Of a stretch of DNA of 32,000 bases, positions 14,981 through 25,506 are shown piece after piece. The notes beneath the pieces were generated by a model that searched no databases, had not been told where the DNA came from, and saw only the letters and a list, made by a program, of their open reading frames with translations. Positions within the stretch are counted from its first letter, which is position 1, and each line of letters begins with the position of its first letter. The position numbers and the translations under genes are program-made. The DNA is from Paenibacillus selenitireducens (lineage in GTDB: Bacteria; Bacillota; Bacilli; Paenibacillales; Paenibacillaceae). The stretch covers positions 334,554 to 366,553 of the forward strand of contig NZ_MSZX01000002.1 of the NCBI RefSeq assembly GCF_002021565.1, read 5' to 3'.

Positions 14981-17284
14981 TCAAATCGCCAACTGTACGT
15001 ATTCATCCGGTTTAATCCCCTCGTACCGAGTAAAGGCACGTTTGAAGGAGTATACATTTTCGTAACCGACCCGATGAGCGATATCATCGATTCTGCATTT
15101 TTTCTCGCGAAGTAATTCTTTGGCCATTTCCATTCGTAACCGGCATAAATAATCGTAAAAATTGATGCCTGTCACTTCTTTGAAAAGCTTGGAAACGCTA
15201 GAAGCCGACATTTGAAACAATTCCCCTAGGTTTTTTAACGATACGTCGGCGCTAGTATAGTTCTCATTGACGTAGAGCAGCAATTTGCTGCCAACCTCCA
15301 TCGTGGACGATGTATTGGAATACCGATTTCGTTCGCATAGTAAAGTCCCTACTTCAAACACATAGCTCCACATGGCCGTGGTGTTCCCTGCGCTTACCAT
15401 ACTGGCGAATTGTTTGGCGTATATGCCCGTATCGAGATTCACCTCGTGAAGCACGCGGAGCATCGTCTCCATTAATAGCGAGACTAGACGAACCGTACTG
15501 TGCTTCGATAGTTGGCGTTTCTCATTCTCGCTGCTTATTTCTTGAAGAATATGCATCGACGTGTCAAGGTTTCCGATCTTCAGGTTGTTAATGAGCTGAA
15601 CTTCCCAGTCGGTAGGATAATAAAAATCGACTTCATGTTGGATTGTTTCTTCTTGTATCGTGCGTATATGTCCGCGTGAAAATAACATATACTGCAAACG
15701 TTCATGGGCTACATAATAGGATTTGCTAATACCTACAAGACCTTGTTCCACCGTGCCATGCAAGACGTCCAGATGAAACCCGCAGTTCTGTTCCATTTCA
15801 GCCGCAACTTCGGAAGCGATCTGTTCGATCACCCCATCATCTCCAAAAGGATTTTTCGAGGATACGATCAGCGCTTTGTCTGCGTTTGTGATCTCGAACA
15901 GTTCATAGTCCAGGTGATACCGTTGCATGGTTTTCTCGACGACCAGCATCGTGATCATCTCGATTTTTCGAATTTTAGCCATATCGGAAAGATCGTGAAT
16001 GGCGTGAAAGCTGACCAGCATCGTGCAATAATGCATATCGTCCGTATAAGGGATGCCGAATTTTTTCAACCCGTTCATGTGCTGATCCTCTGGAAAATAA
16101 CCTTTGAGCAAGCGAAGAAACATATTTGATCTCGCAGCGCTTTCAAATGCTTGCATGGATTGTTGAAGCTCTTGGTTCTCATGCAGCAAGCGGTCGATAG
16201 ACTTCGCAATGTAGTTGTATTCGGAACCGGCCCCATTCCTCACATCGTCGTACCGAATGGCAACCGAGAGCTTGTTCAGCAGGGCGTGAAGCGGGCGATA
16301 GGTGATGCGAGTCAACACAAAGGCAGAACAGGTGCCAACGGCGATCGATATAAGAATGGCCAGCAAGGAGCTGAACAGATTATGGATCCATACCCCGCTG
16401 CTGTCGGTATAGGTGACGGCATACTGCCATTCGCTCGCTTGGGATGGCAATGCAATCGTATAAGCTTTATCACTCGTACTTTGGTTATCTTGTGCGTTCT
16501 TTGTTTGCTGATAAATGCTCGATTGATGTGAGGTTATCGAAATATCCTTAAACTCGTTGCCTGCGAAACGATGCATATAATCCGAAAAGTAAGCGCTATC
16601 AATAAAAAGAACCAAAACAGCACGCGGCTGGTTTACGACCTCTAAGCTTTGAAGGACAGGAATGACGCGTTTTTTGATATCCCATAGCCCCAAATCGACA
16701 GGCTGCATAATTTTGAAATCGGTAATGGAACTTTGCATCGTGTGCTGTGTGGCTGGGTCGAATACGGCGACATGCGAGAAGAAATCGTCTGCCTGGAAGT
16801 TGCCAATGGAAGACAGGATCCATTGTTTCTCAGGGAAATAAATCATGCCGAAGGAGAGAATGCCCATGGAATTCACATCATTGTCCAGGTCTTTCCGAAG
16901 CTCAATCATTTTCAATAAATCGAATTCCTGATCATACACGTTCGTATTTTGCATGAGTTTTCTAACCCATGTTTTGCTGCTCATCGTTTTGCCGAATTGT
17001 TTGAGTTCATTTAATTTGTTGTCTACCATATCCGCGATCCGCTTGGCATCCGACGTATGCTTATCATATTGCTGTCGCTGCTCCTCCAGGATGTTCCGGT
17101 GTACGTTTAAGCTGCTAAAGATGATGATGGGAATAATCAGAATGGCGGTATAGGACATAAATATTTTTCGAAACGTGCGGTTTCCGAATTGGTTCTTATA
17201 CAAATGCGTCCCTCCTTCGGCATCGAATCCATCAAAATCTATGAAAGAAAATGGCAGTCCATCATGTCGTATGAGGTCTGCCAT
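14981..17284 (-). CDS. membrane-anchored AraC-family transcriptional regulator with extracytoplasmic sensor region
   Basis: The C-terminal dual HTH_AraC region (YDYLCRLRMEMAKELL...VGYENVYSFKRAFTRYEGIKPDEY) is present. There are two TM segments near the N-terminus and mid-protein. The probable true start is the TTG at 17203, preceded by GAAGGAGG. Confidence 0.8.
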   Translation of the reverse strand: MADLIRHDGLPFSFIDFDGFDAEGGTHLYKNQFGNRTFRKIFMSYTAILIIPIIIFSSLNVHRNILEEQRQQYDKHTSDAKRIADMVDNKLNELKQFGKTMSSKTWVRKLMQNTNVYDQEFDLLKMIELRKDLDNDVNSMGILSFGMIYFPEKQWILSSIGNFQADDFFSHVAVFDPATQHTMQSSITDFKIMQPVDLGLWDIKKRVIPVLQSLEVVNQPRAVLVLFIDSAYFSDYMHRFAGNEFKDISITSHQSSIYQQTKNAQDNQSTSDKAYTIALPSQASEWQYAVTYTDSSGVWIHNLFSSLLAILISIAVGTCSAFVLTRITYRPLHALLNKLSVAIRYDDVRNGAGSEYNYIAKSIDRLLHENQELQQSMQAFESAARSNMFLRLLKGYFPEDQHMNGLKKFGIPYTDDMHYCTMLVSFHAIHDLSDMAKIRKIEMITMLVVEKTMQRYHLDYELFEITNADKALIVSSKNPFGDDGVIEQIASEVAAEMEQNCGFHLDVLHGTVEQGLVGISKSYYVAHERLQYMLFSRGHIRTIQEETIQHEVDFYYPTDWEVQLINNLKIGNLDTSMHILQEISSENEKRQLSKHSTVRLVSLLMETMLRVLHEVNLDTGIYAKQFASMVSAGNTTAMWSYVFEVGTLLCERNRYSNTSSTMEVGSKLLLYVNENYTSADVSLKNLGELFQMSASSVSKLFKEVTGINFYDYLCRLRMEMAKELLREKKCRIDDIAHRVGYENVYSFKRAFTRYEGIKPDEYVQLAI

Positions 17285-17303
17285 TTCCCTATTTTTTCAA
17301 ACC

Positions 17304-18959
17304 TTACTGGATGCTATTGTACCTGTCAAGCAATTGTTGATCGATTTCAATCAATTGGTCGAGGCCAAGCTTCTTCAATTCAGCGATATATTGATCCCAG
17401 TCATCAAGCGATTTTTGACCTAACGCCAGCTTGGTTGCAAGCTCTGTGGAGTAAGTGTTCAGGTTCGTTAATATTTTGGTCTTTGTCTCCAATTGCTTAT
17501 CATCCGGGATCGCTAAGAAGTTATTATTCATGTTGACAAAATACGGTTTGTAATTTAGTACTTGCAGTTCGTTGTCTGCTTTATATTTAGGCGCACTGGA
17601 AAGCTCGAACTCCAGGTTGGAGAATTGTACGCGCGGGAAGACCGTATCTCCCATCAGCATGTTGCCCGTCACTTGCTTCGTTTTTGCCAGTTCCTCGGCC
17701 GGTCCGTTGTTGAGATATATTTTTGCGCCGTTGCTTTCCACTTTATAGGTCTGCCCTTCAATGCCCCAGAACATGAGATCTGCGTATTTGTCCGAGTATA
17801 CCATATCGAAAAATTTAATGGCTGCTTCAATGTCTTTACAATCTTTTGTAATGGCATATTTATTGAAAATAAGGAAATGAGGCTCCTGCTGTACGGCAGG
17901 GGTGATGCCTTCAACCGCTTTGAGCGGCATGAGCGGCAGGAATTCGCCTCCGCCACGGATTGTGGGTTCTACATAGTTTTCCAGATTGTAATCATGCAAG
18001 GATGCCACCTGGTTGTCTGTTATTTTTTGTTGATTTTGCTCCCCTGTTGCTTCGATGAGACTCGTGTCAAGCACGCCTTCCTTCACTAATCGCTGCATGT
18101 AACGGAAGTAATCCTTGACGCCTTCCTGATACCATGGAGACACGACTTTTTTGTTCTCGACATCAACCGCTGTAACGCCTGTTCCGAGTCCGAACCATTG
18201 CGCAATGGCGCCAGTGAACTGGCCAGGATAATTGTATACAAGCACTTCGTCTTTCTTGCCGTTGCCATTGGCGTCGAGTTCTCTGAATTTCTTCAGCGTT
18301 TCCAAATATTCATCCGCTGTTGTTGGAACCGGAAGATGTAGCTTATCCAGCCAGTCTTTGCGAATGAGCATGGTAAGGGAGACGGGTGCGGGATCTTTGC
18401 CTTGGTATGTTTTCTTGTGAAGATTGCTGAACCAGTACATTTTGCCGTCGGGAGAGGTTGTTGATTTTTTGGCATAAGGGAACTCGACGTCATACATTTT
18501 TTTGATGTTGCCGTTGCTGTATTTCTCGATCAATGGGTTCAGATCTAGAAGTACGCCTTGCTTCGCTAAATTCAGAACGGTCGTATTATCAAGCTTCGAT
18601 ATGTTCACGATGTCCGGAAGGTTGGACCCTGATGCCATTCTTGTCTTGAGGACCACTTCATATTGTTCTGCAGGGACCATTTCGTTGTCCAGCTCTAGTC
18701 CGTTGTTTTTCAGCAGCTTGTCAATCTCTGCCCATACCGGATATTTATCTCGATCATCGAATTTAATATATTTGTTGATGCCGGCTGGGCCAAGCATTTT
18801 TAGTTTCGTAACCTTTTGTTCGGAAGAAGTGGTGCTGCCGCTGCCTTCCTGCTTCGTGCCGCTCGAACCGTTATCGGTTTTGCTGCTGCAAGCAGTGATT
18901 GATCCGACGAGCAGAACTGCCGCCATACTGGATACGAATGTTTTTTTCCAAAGCTTCAT
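17304..18959 (-). CDS. extracellular solute-binding lipoprotein of a carbohydrate ABC transporter (LplA-like)
   Basis: The lipoprotein signal MKLWKKTFVSSMAAVLLVGSITAC has a lipobox. The protein is ~550 aa, and the gene is adjacent to two sugar ABC permease genes. Confidence 0.85.
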   Translation of the reverse strand: MKLWKKTFVSSMAAVLLVGSITACSSKTDNGSSGTKQEGSGSTTSSEQKVTKLKMLGPAGINKYIKFDDRDKYPVWAEIDKLLKNNGLELDNEMVPAEQYEVVLKTRMASGSNLPDIVNISKLDNTTVLNLAKQGVLLDLNPLIEKYSNGNIKKMYDVEFPYAKKSTTSPDGKMYWFSNLHKKTYQGKDPAPVSLTMLIRKDWLDKLHLPVPTTADEYLETLKKFRELDANGNGKKDEVLVYNYPGQFTGAIAQWFGLGTGVTAVDVENKKVVSPWYQEGVKDYFRYMQRLVKEGVLDTSLIEATGEQNQQKITDNQVASLHDYNLENYVEPTIRGGGEFLPLMPLKAVEGITPAVQQEPHFLIFNKYAITKDCKDIEAAIKFFDMVYSDKYADLMFWGIEGQTYKVESNGAKIYLNNGPAEELAKTKQVTGNMLMGDTVFPRVQFSNLEFELSSAPKYKADNELQVLNYKPYFVNMNNNFLAIPDDKQLETKTKILTNLNTYSTELATKLALGQKSLDDWDQYIAELKKLGLDQLIEIDQQLLDRYNSIQ

Positions 18960-18992
18960 GGACGAATTCCCCCTAAAATCATTTTTTGAGTC

Positions 18993-19904
18993 TTATTCTT
19001 TTAATGAGCCAAGAAGCGCACCCTTGATGAAATACTTCTGAAAGAACGGATAGGTAAAGATAACGGGTAATGTTGTAAAGACGATGATCGCATACTTCAA
19101 TTGAATGTTCGACAGCATGTTCTCAACGGCATTGCGGGTATCCTGAAGCGATAGCGTTTTCAAATCGACCGATTGCTGCACGACGACACGGTACAAATAC
19201 ATCTGCAGTGGATGCAGCTTCTCATTCGGCAGATATACGAGTGCATCGAACCAACTGTTCCAGATGGCGACGATCGAATAGATGGCAATGACTGCGATAA
19301 TCGGTTTGGAAATCGGCAAGATGACTTTGAACAGCAGCTGCCAGTGGGAGGCTCCGTCAATAAATGCGGATTCCTTCAATCCTTCCGGGATTGTCGTAAA
19401 GAACGTTCGAACGAGAATGATGTTCCAGATGCTGACCATGCCGGGAATGATGACGGCGAACATGGTGTTGTATAAACCGAGCTGGTTCACCAGCAGGTAG
19501 GATGGAATCAATCCGCCTGCGAAATACATCGGGATCAGGATGAAGGCAACCACCCATTTGCGCCCCATGAGACTGCGTACGGTTAGCGGATAGGCGCCCA
19601 ATATGGCCATCAGGCAATTCAGAAACGCCCCGGCAGAAACGTATATCAGCGTATTCGAGTAAGCCCACCACATTTTGGTATCGCGGATAATGAGTTCGTA
19701 GGAGCCGAGAAAGAACCCTTTGGGAAACCAGAACACGTTCATGGCTGCTACTTCTTGAGGCGAGCTGATGGACATGATGATAACGAAGTAGAAAGGATAC
19801 AGTGTAATGAAACAAATGATGAGTGCGATCAAGAGAAAAGCAATATCGATTAAGATTGAACCTTGCCTGATCACGTTCGGATTTCTCCGGAGCGAGGTGA
19901 TCAT
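18993..19904 (-). CDS. carbohydrate ABC transporter permease (LplC-like)
   Basis: Polytopic protein with an EAA-like loop (ESAFIDGASHWQLLFKVILP). The ATG at 19904 is preceded by AAGGGGGA; the track start 19922 overlaps the upstream gene. Confidence 0.85.
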   Translation of the reverse strand: MITSLRRNPNVIRQGSILIDIAFLLIALIICFITLYPFYFVIIMSISSPQEVAAMNVFWFPKGFFLGSYELIIRDTKMWWAYSNTLIYVSAGAFLNCLMAILGAYPLTVRSLMGRKWVVAFILIPMYFAGGLIPSYLLVNQLGLYNTMFAVIIPGMVSIWNIILVRTFFTTIPEGLKESAFIDGASHWQLLFKVILPISKPIIAVIAIYSIVAIWNSWFDALVYLPNEKLHPLQMYLYRVVVQQSVDLKTLSLQDTRNAVENMLSNIQLKYAIIVFTTLPVIFTYPFFQKYFIKGALLGSLKE

Positions 19905-19915
19905 CGAATTCCCCC

Positions 19916-20851
19916 TTACCATAAGGCGTAATCAGAGTATTTGCGGCTTAGTGTATTAGCAATGTACAGCAGAGAGAAATTGATGAGCGATATGAACAGT
20001 CCGACTGCCGTACCTGAGCTGAAATTGCCGCCAAGCAGACCGTCACGGTACAAGTAGGTGCCAATGACATCTGCCGTTTCATAGACCATCGGATTATAAA
20101 TAAGTAGAATAAATTCGCTGTTCGCTGACAATAAATTACCAATCGCAAAGATCAGCAGAATGAAAATCGTTGGACGAATGGAAGGCAATGTTATATGAAG
20201 CATTTGCTTGAACCGATTCGCGCCGTCCATTTTGGCCGCTTCATACATGTGCGGGTCGACGTTGGACATCGATGCGAGATACAGAATGCTGCTCCAGCCG
20301 AAAGACTTCCATATATTCGTAATCGTATAGATGACGGGGAAATACCCTGGCTCTGTATTCAAAGCCACTGTTGTTTCACCGCCGAACAGATGGACCAGTG
20401 CATTAATGATGCCGTCCGCATTGATAAAGGATAACACCATGCCGGCAACGACGACGTTGGAAATAAAGTGAGGCAAGTAGCTTGCCGTCTGCACGAATTT
20501 TTTGAAAATGCCGCTCTTCAGCTCGTTAAGCAGAAGTGCAAACAAGATCGGCACCCAAAAGCCGAATACAAGCGTGTAAAAGCTGAGTAAAAACGTGTTA
20601 CGCATCAGCCTACCGAAATAAGGGCCGTTAAAAAAATCAATAAAGTGCTGCAGACCAACCCAGTTAGCGCTTTCAAATGAGAAGAAAGGTTTTCCCGGGT
20701 AATAATTCTGGAATGCGATTACGATCCCGTACATCGGTATATAGCTGAAAATAAAAATATGCAGCAGGACTGGAAGCATAATCAAATACAGCTGCATATT
20801 CTCACGTAAGCGAAAAGAGACACGCTTACCCGACTGACTCGTTGCTCTCAT
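19916..20851 (-). CDS. carbohydrate ABC transporter permease (LplB-like)
   Basis: Polytopic protein with the EAA loop YEAAKMDGANRFKQMLHITLP. RBS AAAGGGGAAGG precedes the start. Confidence 0.85.
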   Translation of the reverse strand: MRATSQSGKRVSFRLRENMQLYLIMLPVLLHIFIFSYIPMYGIVIAFQNYYPGKPFFSFESANWVGLQHFIDFFNGPYFGRLMRNTFLLSFYTLVFGFWVPILFALLLNELKSGIFKKFVQTASYLPHFISNVVVAGMVLSFINADGIINALVHLFGGETTVALNTEPGYFPVIYTITNIWKSFGWSSILYLASMSNVDPHMYEAAKMDGANRFKQMLHITLPSIRPTIFILLIFAIGNLLSANSEFILLIYNPMVYETADVIGTYLYRDGLLGGNFSSGTAVGLFISLINFSLLYIANTLSRKYSDYALW

Positions 20852-21077
20852 AACCTTCCCCTTTCACCGATCGATTGCGGCATTACCGGGCCCGTTCTTC
20901 CGCATGGATTCATAATAAAGGGGAGCTTCTAATGAAGGCAAGCAACATAATTTGATGCGCTGCGCAATATTTGCGCACTATTTTTTCTACTAATACAATC
21001 TTTAAAAGTGAATAAATGTATATCCATGTAAATAAAAGTATATTGAAATTACCAACTTCGCCCAACATACTAACCCT

Positions 21078-22425
21078 GTGACCGTACCTGAATCGGAACC
21101 ATTCAGCTTCACATGGGAAGCGCTAGATCCTGATAGCGGAATCGCTGATGTTAAGGCTGTATTTGACCGCGGAACCTATCAACAGGGGACAACTATCGAT
21201 CTAACAGGAAAGCCCGGCAAGCACCAACTGGAAATTACGGCAATAGATATGGTAGGCAACACGACGAAAAAATCCTTTATGATTGAAGTGACAACGAGTG
21301 CCAACGAAATGATCAAGCTAGTCACTCGTTTAGAAGAAGCGGGAGAATTTTCGAATCATGGGAACGCTCGCGCCCTACAAGCTCATTTGGAAACCGTGAA
21401 GAAATTTCAAGAAAAAGGCGAGACGAAGGGGATCGACACGGTCGTCATCGATTGGGAAGCAGCGCGTGCCAAAACATTTAAAATACTCGTAGGAAGCGAT
21501 AAAGAACAATGGACAAATGTGATAGACAATGACGGTATAATCGAAGGAATAGACGGAAAACAAACCATTCGATTCAATCCAACGACGGCCAGATACGTGA
21601 AATTCCAGGGCATACAAAGAGCGACGGTGTATGGGTATTCCTTCTACGAATTTGAGGTACACAAAAGATTCTAATCGTTAATCATGATCATGATCGTTCG
21701 TGCGAGCGGCGAAGGGTGCAGCGAACGGAGCTTGTAATGAACGGACACAGGAGACCTTAATTATGCCAAAAACACTCAAAATGCAGGGCGAACGGACACA
21801 GCAGCTCTTATCATGCTAAACATAAGCTATATACTCATGATTCGAATGGAATAAGGGCATCTAGGTCCGAAAAACGGCTAATCAATGAGCATAGCAGACA
21901 ATAAGGTCTCTCATGTCCGTTATACACAAAGAGCTTATTTCATTAGATACGATGAGAAGACACTGCAATGGAAAATGAGGTGGACAATACCAAGATGGAC
22001 GTGTGACAATTCATACTAATTAAGTGGGGATGTTTGCGGTTCTATCTGTAGAACAGGAACAAGCTGAGGGTTTCGCAGATATGCGTAAGCATTGGGCGGC
22101 GAATGCAGTTCAGGAAGCGACTCGACTCGGTTTTGTTTTGACTGGCTACGGAGATCATAACTTCCATGCAAATCAACAAATTTCGCGTGAAGAAATGGCA
22201 GTGATCATCATACGTGCTAACGGTTAATCGATAGATGCGAATGCCGCATTATCGTTCAAAGATACGAATCTTATTGCCAACTGGGCGAAACCTTTTGCTG
22301 CAGCGGCGGTTCAGTCTGGGTTGATTCAAGGGAAAGGCGACGGCACTTTCGTACCGGCAGACTGAGCCACTCGCGCCGAAGCAGTAACGATGATCCTCTC
22401 ATTGTTAAAGCATTTGGACAAATAA
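21078..22425 (+). pseudogene. decayed cell-surface protein gene (Ig-like segment + partial F5/8 type C/discoidin domain + SLH repeats broken by stops)
   Basis: 21078-21674 has no credible start and contains only the C-terminal half of a discoidin-type domain (ARYVKFQG...YGYSFYEFEV). 22024-22425 reads as SLH repeats (FADMRKHWAANAV..., FKDTNLIANWAKPFAAAAVQSGLIQGKGDGTFVPAD) interrupted by in-frame TAA (22225-22227) and TGA (~22362) codons. A non-coding repeat block separates the two parts. Confidence 0.65.
21690..21925. repeat. cluster of short structured repeats (MITE/REP-like) inside the pseudogene
   Basis: The AACGGACACAG..AG..CTTA..ATGC module occurs directly at 21740-21767 and 21791-21816. 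It occurs inverted at 21889-21921 (GCATAGCAGACAATAAGGTCTCTCATGTCCGTT). A partial copy, GCGAACGGAG, is at 21721. Confidence 0.5.
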
Positions 22426-22449
22426 TTTATTTATGTACAAAATAAAAAA

Positions 22450-22470
22450 GCCCGATTCCAAGAATCGGGC
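22450..22470. terminator. bidirectional intrinsic terminator (serves deoD on the minus strand)
   Basis: GCCCGATTC (22450-22458) pairs with GAATCGGGC (22462-22470). An A-run lies on the left (a T-run for the minus strand) and a T-rich tract on the right. Confidence 0.7.
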
Positions 22471-22489
22471 TCTTCCTTATAAGACAGCA

Positions 22490-23206
22490 TTATCCTTGAC
22501 GGATCGCTGTTTCCAATGCCACTTCAATCATGTCGTTGAACGTCAATTGACGCTCTTCGGAGGTCGTAGCTTCACCCGTAAGGATATGGTCACTTACCGT
22601 GAACATGGCTAGACCGTTGATTTGATGCTTCGCGGCTAAGGTGTACAATGCGGCTGTCTCCATTTCAACGGCCAACACGCCGTATGCGCCAAGCTTCAAC
22701 ATGGTTTCTTTATTGTAGTCCTCTGTATAGAAGATGTCAGAAGACAAGATGTTCCCAACGCGAAGGTTTAATTTCTTCTCAACACCGATATCATAAGCTG
22801 TTTTGATCAGATCAAAGTTAGCGATCGGAGCGAATGTATATCCAGGGAAACGGTTCGTATTGATGGAAGAATCCGTACATACCGCTTGAGCAATCAGAAC
22901 GTCGCGCAGTTGCACATCATGTTGAATCGCACCGCATGTTCCGATACGGATAATTGTCTTCACATCATAATCTTGAATTAATTCTGTTGCGTAGATCGCG
23001 AAGGAGGGAACCCCCATACCGGACCCTTGAATGGATACAGGTTTACCTTTGTAAGTCCCTGTGTAGCCAAGCATACCGCGTACTTGGTTATGACATTTCG
23101 CATTTTCCAAGAATGTTTCAGCAATATATTTCGCGCGTAGCGGATCTCCAGGCATTAATGCTACCGGTGCTATTTCACCTTTTTTTGCTTCTAAATGTAC
23201 ACTCAT
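22490..23206 (-). CDS. deoD: purine nucleoside phosphorylase, DeoD type
   Basis: Close match to E. coli DeoD from memory ([53 protein letters not shown]). The ATG at 23206 is preceded by GAGGAGG; the track start is 23224. Confidence 0.93.
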   Translation of the reverse strand: MSVHLEAKKGEIAPVALMPGDPLRAKYIAETFLENAKCHNQVRGMLGYTGTYKGKPVSIQGSGMGVPSFAIYATELIQDYDVKTIIRIGTCGAIQHDVQLRDVLIAQAVCTDSSINTNRFPGYTFAPIANFDLIKTAYDIGVEKKLNLRVGNILSSDIFYTEDYNKETMLKLGAYGVLAVEMETAALYTLAAKHQINGLAMFTVSDHILTGEATTSEERQLTFNDMIEVALETAIRQG

Positions 23207-23349
23207 TGAATCGTACCTCCTCACAAATTTTCAACCTTTTGAATTATGAAAACGTTTTACTCCTATACCCTAACATACCCGTTGTGAAAAATCCGTAATA
23301 CAAGCCATCGGTTTTCTGTGAAGTAGATTACAAAAAAACAGTGTAGCGT

Positions 23350-24123
23350 TTAACTGAACTTCTTGCCAAGACCATCTATAATCGAGTTGTTCCCAGCAGT
23401 TGAGTACCACGTTCGCTGACTCGGCGAAATATAGCTGACACCATCGCAAATGGTGCGAAGTTGGGGTAGGTCGAGAATTTTGATGGTTTTGTGTTCAATC
23501 GAGATGATGCCTTCATCTTGAAAATCTTTAAGTACTTTAGAGACAGACTCTCGGGTCACGCCAACCATGTTGGCAATGACATGATGTGTCAATTTGTAGT
23601 TGATAATGTAAGCGGATTCAGATTCCAACTTCTGCCCAAGGTTACAATACATGTCATAAACGAGATTTGCCGTCTTCAAGCGCGTGTCAAGAAAGGAGAT
23701 ATATTGGGCTTTACGGTTGAGAATCCGCATGCTCTCCACGAGCAGCCAGTAGGAGCGTCGCAACACGCTTGGATACTCTTCCACGATGGCTAAGAAATCT
23801 TTTTTCTTCAAATACCAAGTGTGTACGGCTTCCATCGCGGCAATGGAGGCAATGCGGTAATCATCATAATGGATGGCCTCAATCTCCCCGACGACATGGC
23901 CTGGGAAGGCGACACCATATATGATTTCCTTGTCTTCTAATAAACTATACACTTTGATCGATCCCGATCGAATAATGAAGACATCGCCGCTGCGATCTCC
24001 TTCGTAGATGATGACTTGATTTTTGCGGAATTGCCGTTTTCTCAGCATGGGCATGATGCGTTCAACCGCTTCATCCGAAAGGTCTTGAAAAATTGAAATA
24101 TTTCTTATATCCGTAATCATCAT
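23350..24123 (-). CDS. Crp/Fnr-family transcriptional regulator (cNMP-binding-like domain + C-terminal HTH)
   Basis: The MMITDIRNISIFQDLSDEAVERI...YEGDRSGDVFIIRSGSIKVY beta-roll is followed by the HTH THHVIANMVGVTRESVSKVLKDF. The internal ATG at 24123 has a GTGAGGA RBS. The longer track ORF would run across the deoB start on the opposite strand and looks spurious. Confidence 0.8.
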   Translation of the reverse strand: MMITDIRNISIFQDLSDEAVERIMPMLRKRQFRKNQVIIYEGDRSGDVFIIRSGSIKVYSLLEDKEIIYGVAFPGHVVGEIEAIHYDDYRIASIAAMEAVHTWYLKKKDFLAIVEEYPSVLRRSYWLLVESMRILNRKAQYISFLDTRLKTANLVYDMYCNLGQKLESESAYIINYKLTHHVIANMVGVTRESVSKVLKDFQDEGIISIEHKTIKILDLPQLRTICDGVSYISPSQRTWYSTAGNNSIIDGLGKKFS

Positions 24124-24228
24124 AGATGTCCTCACTTTCAAATTTTCATGGCATTGCAGAATAATTGCGAAGCCTAACATTTTTCCATGAAATATAGGCA
24201 AATATAAACACAGGAGTAGTGATGAAAT

Positions 24229-25395
24229 ATGACTTTCAAACGAATTTGCACCATTGTGCTCGACAGCGTAGGCATTGGCGAATTGCCTGATGCGAATAAA
24301 TTCGGTGATACAGGTTCCCACACCCTCGGACATATTGCGGAGCGTGTGCCGACCATGAAGTTGCCGCATATGCAGCAGCTAGGTTTAGGGAATATCGCGC
24401 CGATCTCTACCGTTCCACCGGTTCAAGAGCCGCAGGCTATGTACGGTAAGATGGCTGAAACATCGGTCGGTAAAGACACGATGACAGGTCATTGGGAGCT
24501 GATGGGCTTGAACGTGACGATTCCTTTTGATGTCTATCCCAATGGGTTCCCAGCAGATTTTATTCAAGAATTCGAAGCTAAGACAGGTCGTAAAGTGCTT
24601 GGTAACAAACCGGCATCCGGGACAGATATTCTAGATGAGTACGGTGAAGAGCAAATGCGCACGGGTGCTTGGATTGTCTATACATCAGGGGATAGCGTAT
24701 TCCAACTTGCAGCGCATGAAGAAATCATTCCACTAGAGGAATTGTATCGCGCTTGTAAGATTGCTCGTGAAATGACCTTGGAAGAGCCGGTTGCCGTAGG
24801 TCGTGTCATTGCTCGACCATATGTAGGCACGCCTGGAAGCTTCAAGAGAACGCCGAACCGTCACGACTATGCACTAGCTCCATCCGGACGGACCGTGTTG
24901 AATGCGTTGAAGGATGGCGGATATGATGTGATCGCCGTTGGGAAAATCAATGATATTTTCTCAGGTGAAGGGATCACAGAAGCGACACCAACCAAAAGCA
25001 ATGAAGACGGCATTCTCAAAACCATCGAATATTTAAAAACGGATTTTAACGGCATGTTATTTACAAACCTCGTTGATTTTGATTCCTTGTATGGGCATCG
25101 TCGGGATCCTGAAGGGTATGCTGCTTGTTTGGAAGAGTTTGATCGGTATGTACCTGAGCTGCTTGCTACGCTCGGCGAAGAGGATCTCTTAATTATTACA
25201 GCTGATCACGGCAATGATCCTATACATGCAGGAACCGACCATACCCGCGAATATGTTCCTGTGTTAGCCTACAGTCCGAAGTTTCAAGGGAAAACAGCGT
25301 CCATCGGCGTTCGCAGCACATTTGCAGATTTGGCAGCCACAATCTCTGATAATTTTAAGGTTGATTTTAAGGGTCATGGGACAAGCTTTCTGTAA
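24229..25395 (+). CDS. deoB: phosphopentomutase
   Basis: [36 protein letters not shown], the TADHGNDP metal-binding motif, and a ~390-aa length are all present. Confidence 0.93.
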   Translation: MTFKRICTIVLDSVGIGELPDANKFGDTGSHTLGHIAERVPTMKLPHMQQLGLGNIAPISTVPPVQEPQAMYGKMAETSVGKDTMTGHWELMGLNVTIPFDVYPNGFPADFIQEFEAKTGRKVLGNKPASGTDILDEYGEEQMRTGAWIVYTSGDSVFQLAAHEEIIPLEELYRACKIAREMTLEEPVAVGRVIARPYVGTPGSFKRTPNRHDYALAPSGRTVLNALKDGGYDVIAVGKINDIFSGEGITEATPTKSNEDGILKTIEYLKTDFNGMLFTNLVDFDSLYGHRRDPEGYAACLEEFDRYVPELLATLGEEDLLIITADHGNDPIHAGTDHTREYVPVLAYSPKFQGKTASIGVRSTFADLAATISDNFKVDFKGHGTSFL

Positions 25396-25506
25396 GTAAC
25401 TACTGTTCATTATGACCGTGATGCGGCTGAAATTCAAGGTTGAACCATGTTCGTCGCGGTTAATGAAAATATATTTACACAAAAATATATGTTGGAGGGT
25501 CAACAG

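Noticed and set aside
2104-20434. Numerous 60-180-aa ORFs in the track lying antisense to, or out of frame within, the pilus, recombinase, AraC and ABC transporter genes (for example 3116-3382, 8087-8416, 11356-11781, 15704-16129, 17562-18089, 18502-19041, 19357-19815)
   Set aside because: Each is fully embedded in a longer ORF with clear family signatures. They lack RBS motifs and have low-complexity or atypical composition, so I treat them as shadow ORFs.
23350-24369. Full 339-aa ORF for the Crp/Fnr regulator
   Set aside because: The first 82 codons would run across the deoB start on the opposite strand, lack similarity to the family, and have no RBS. The MM start at 24123 has a GTGAGGA RBS and gives a normal-length ~257-aa protein.
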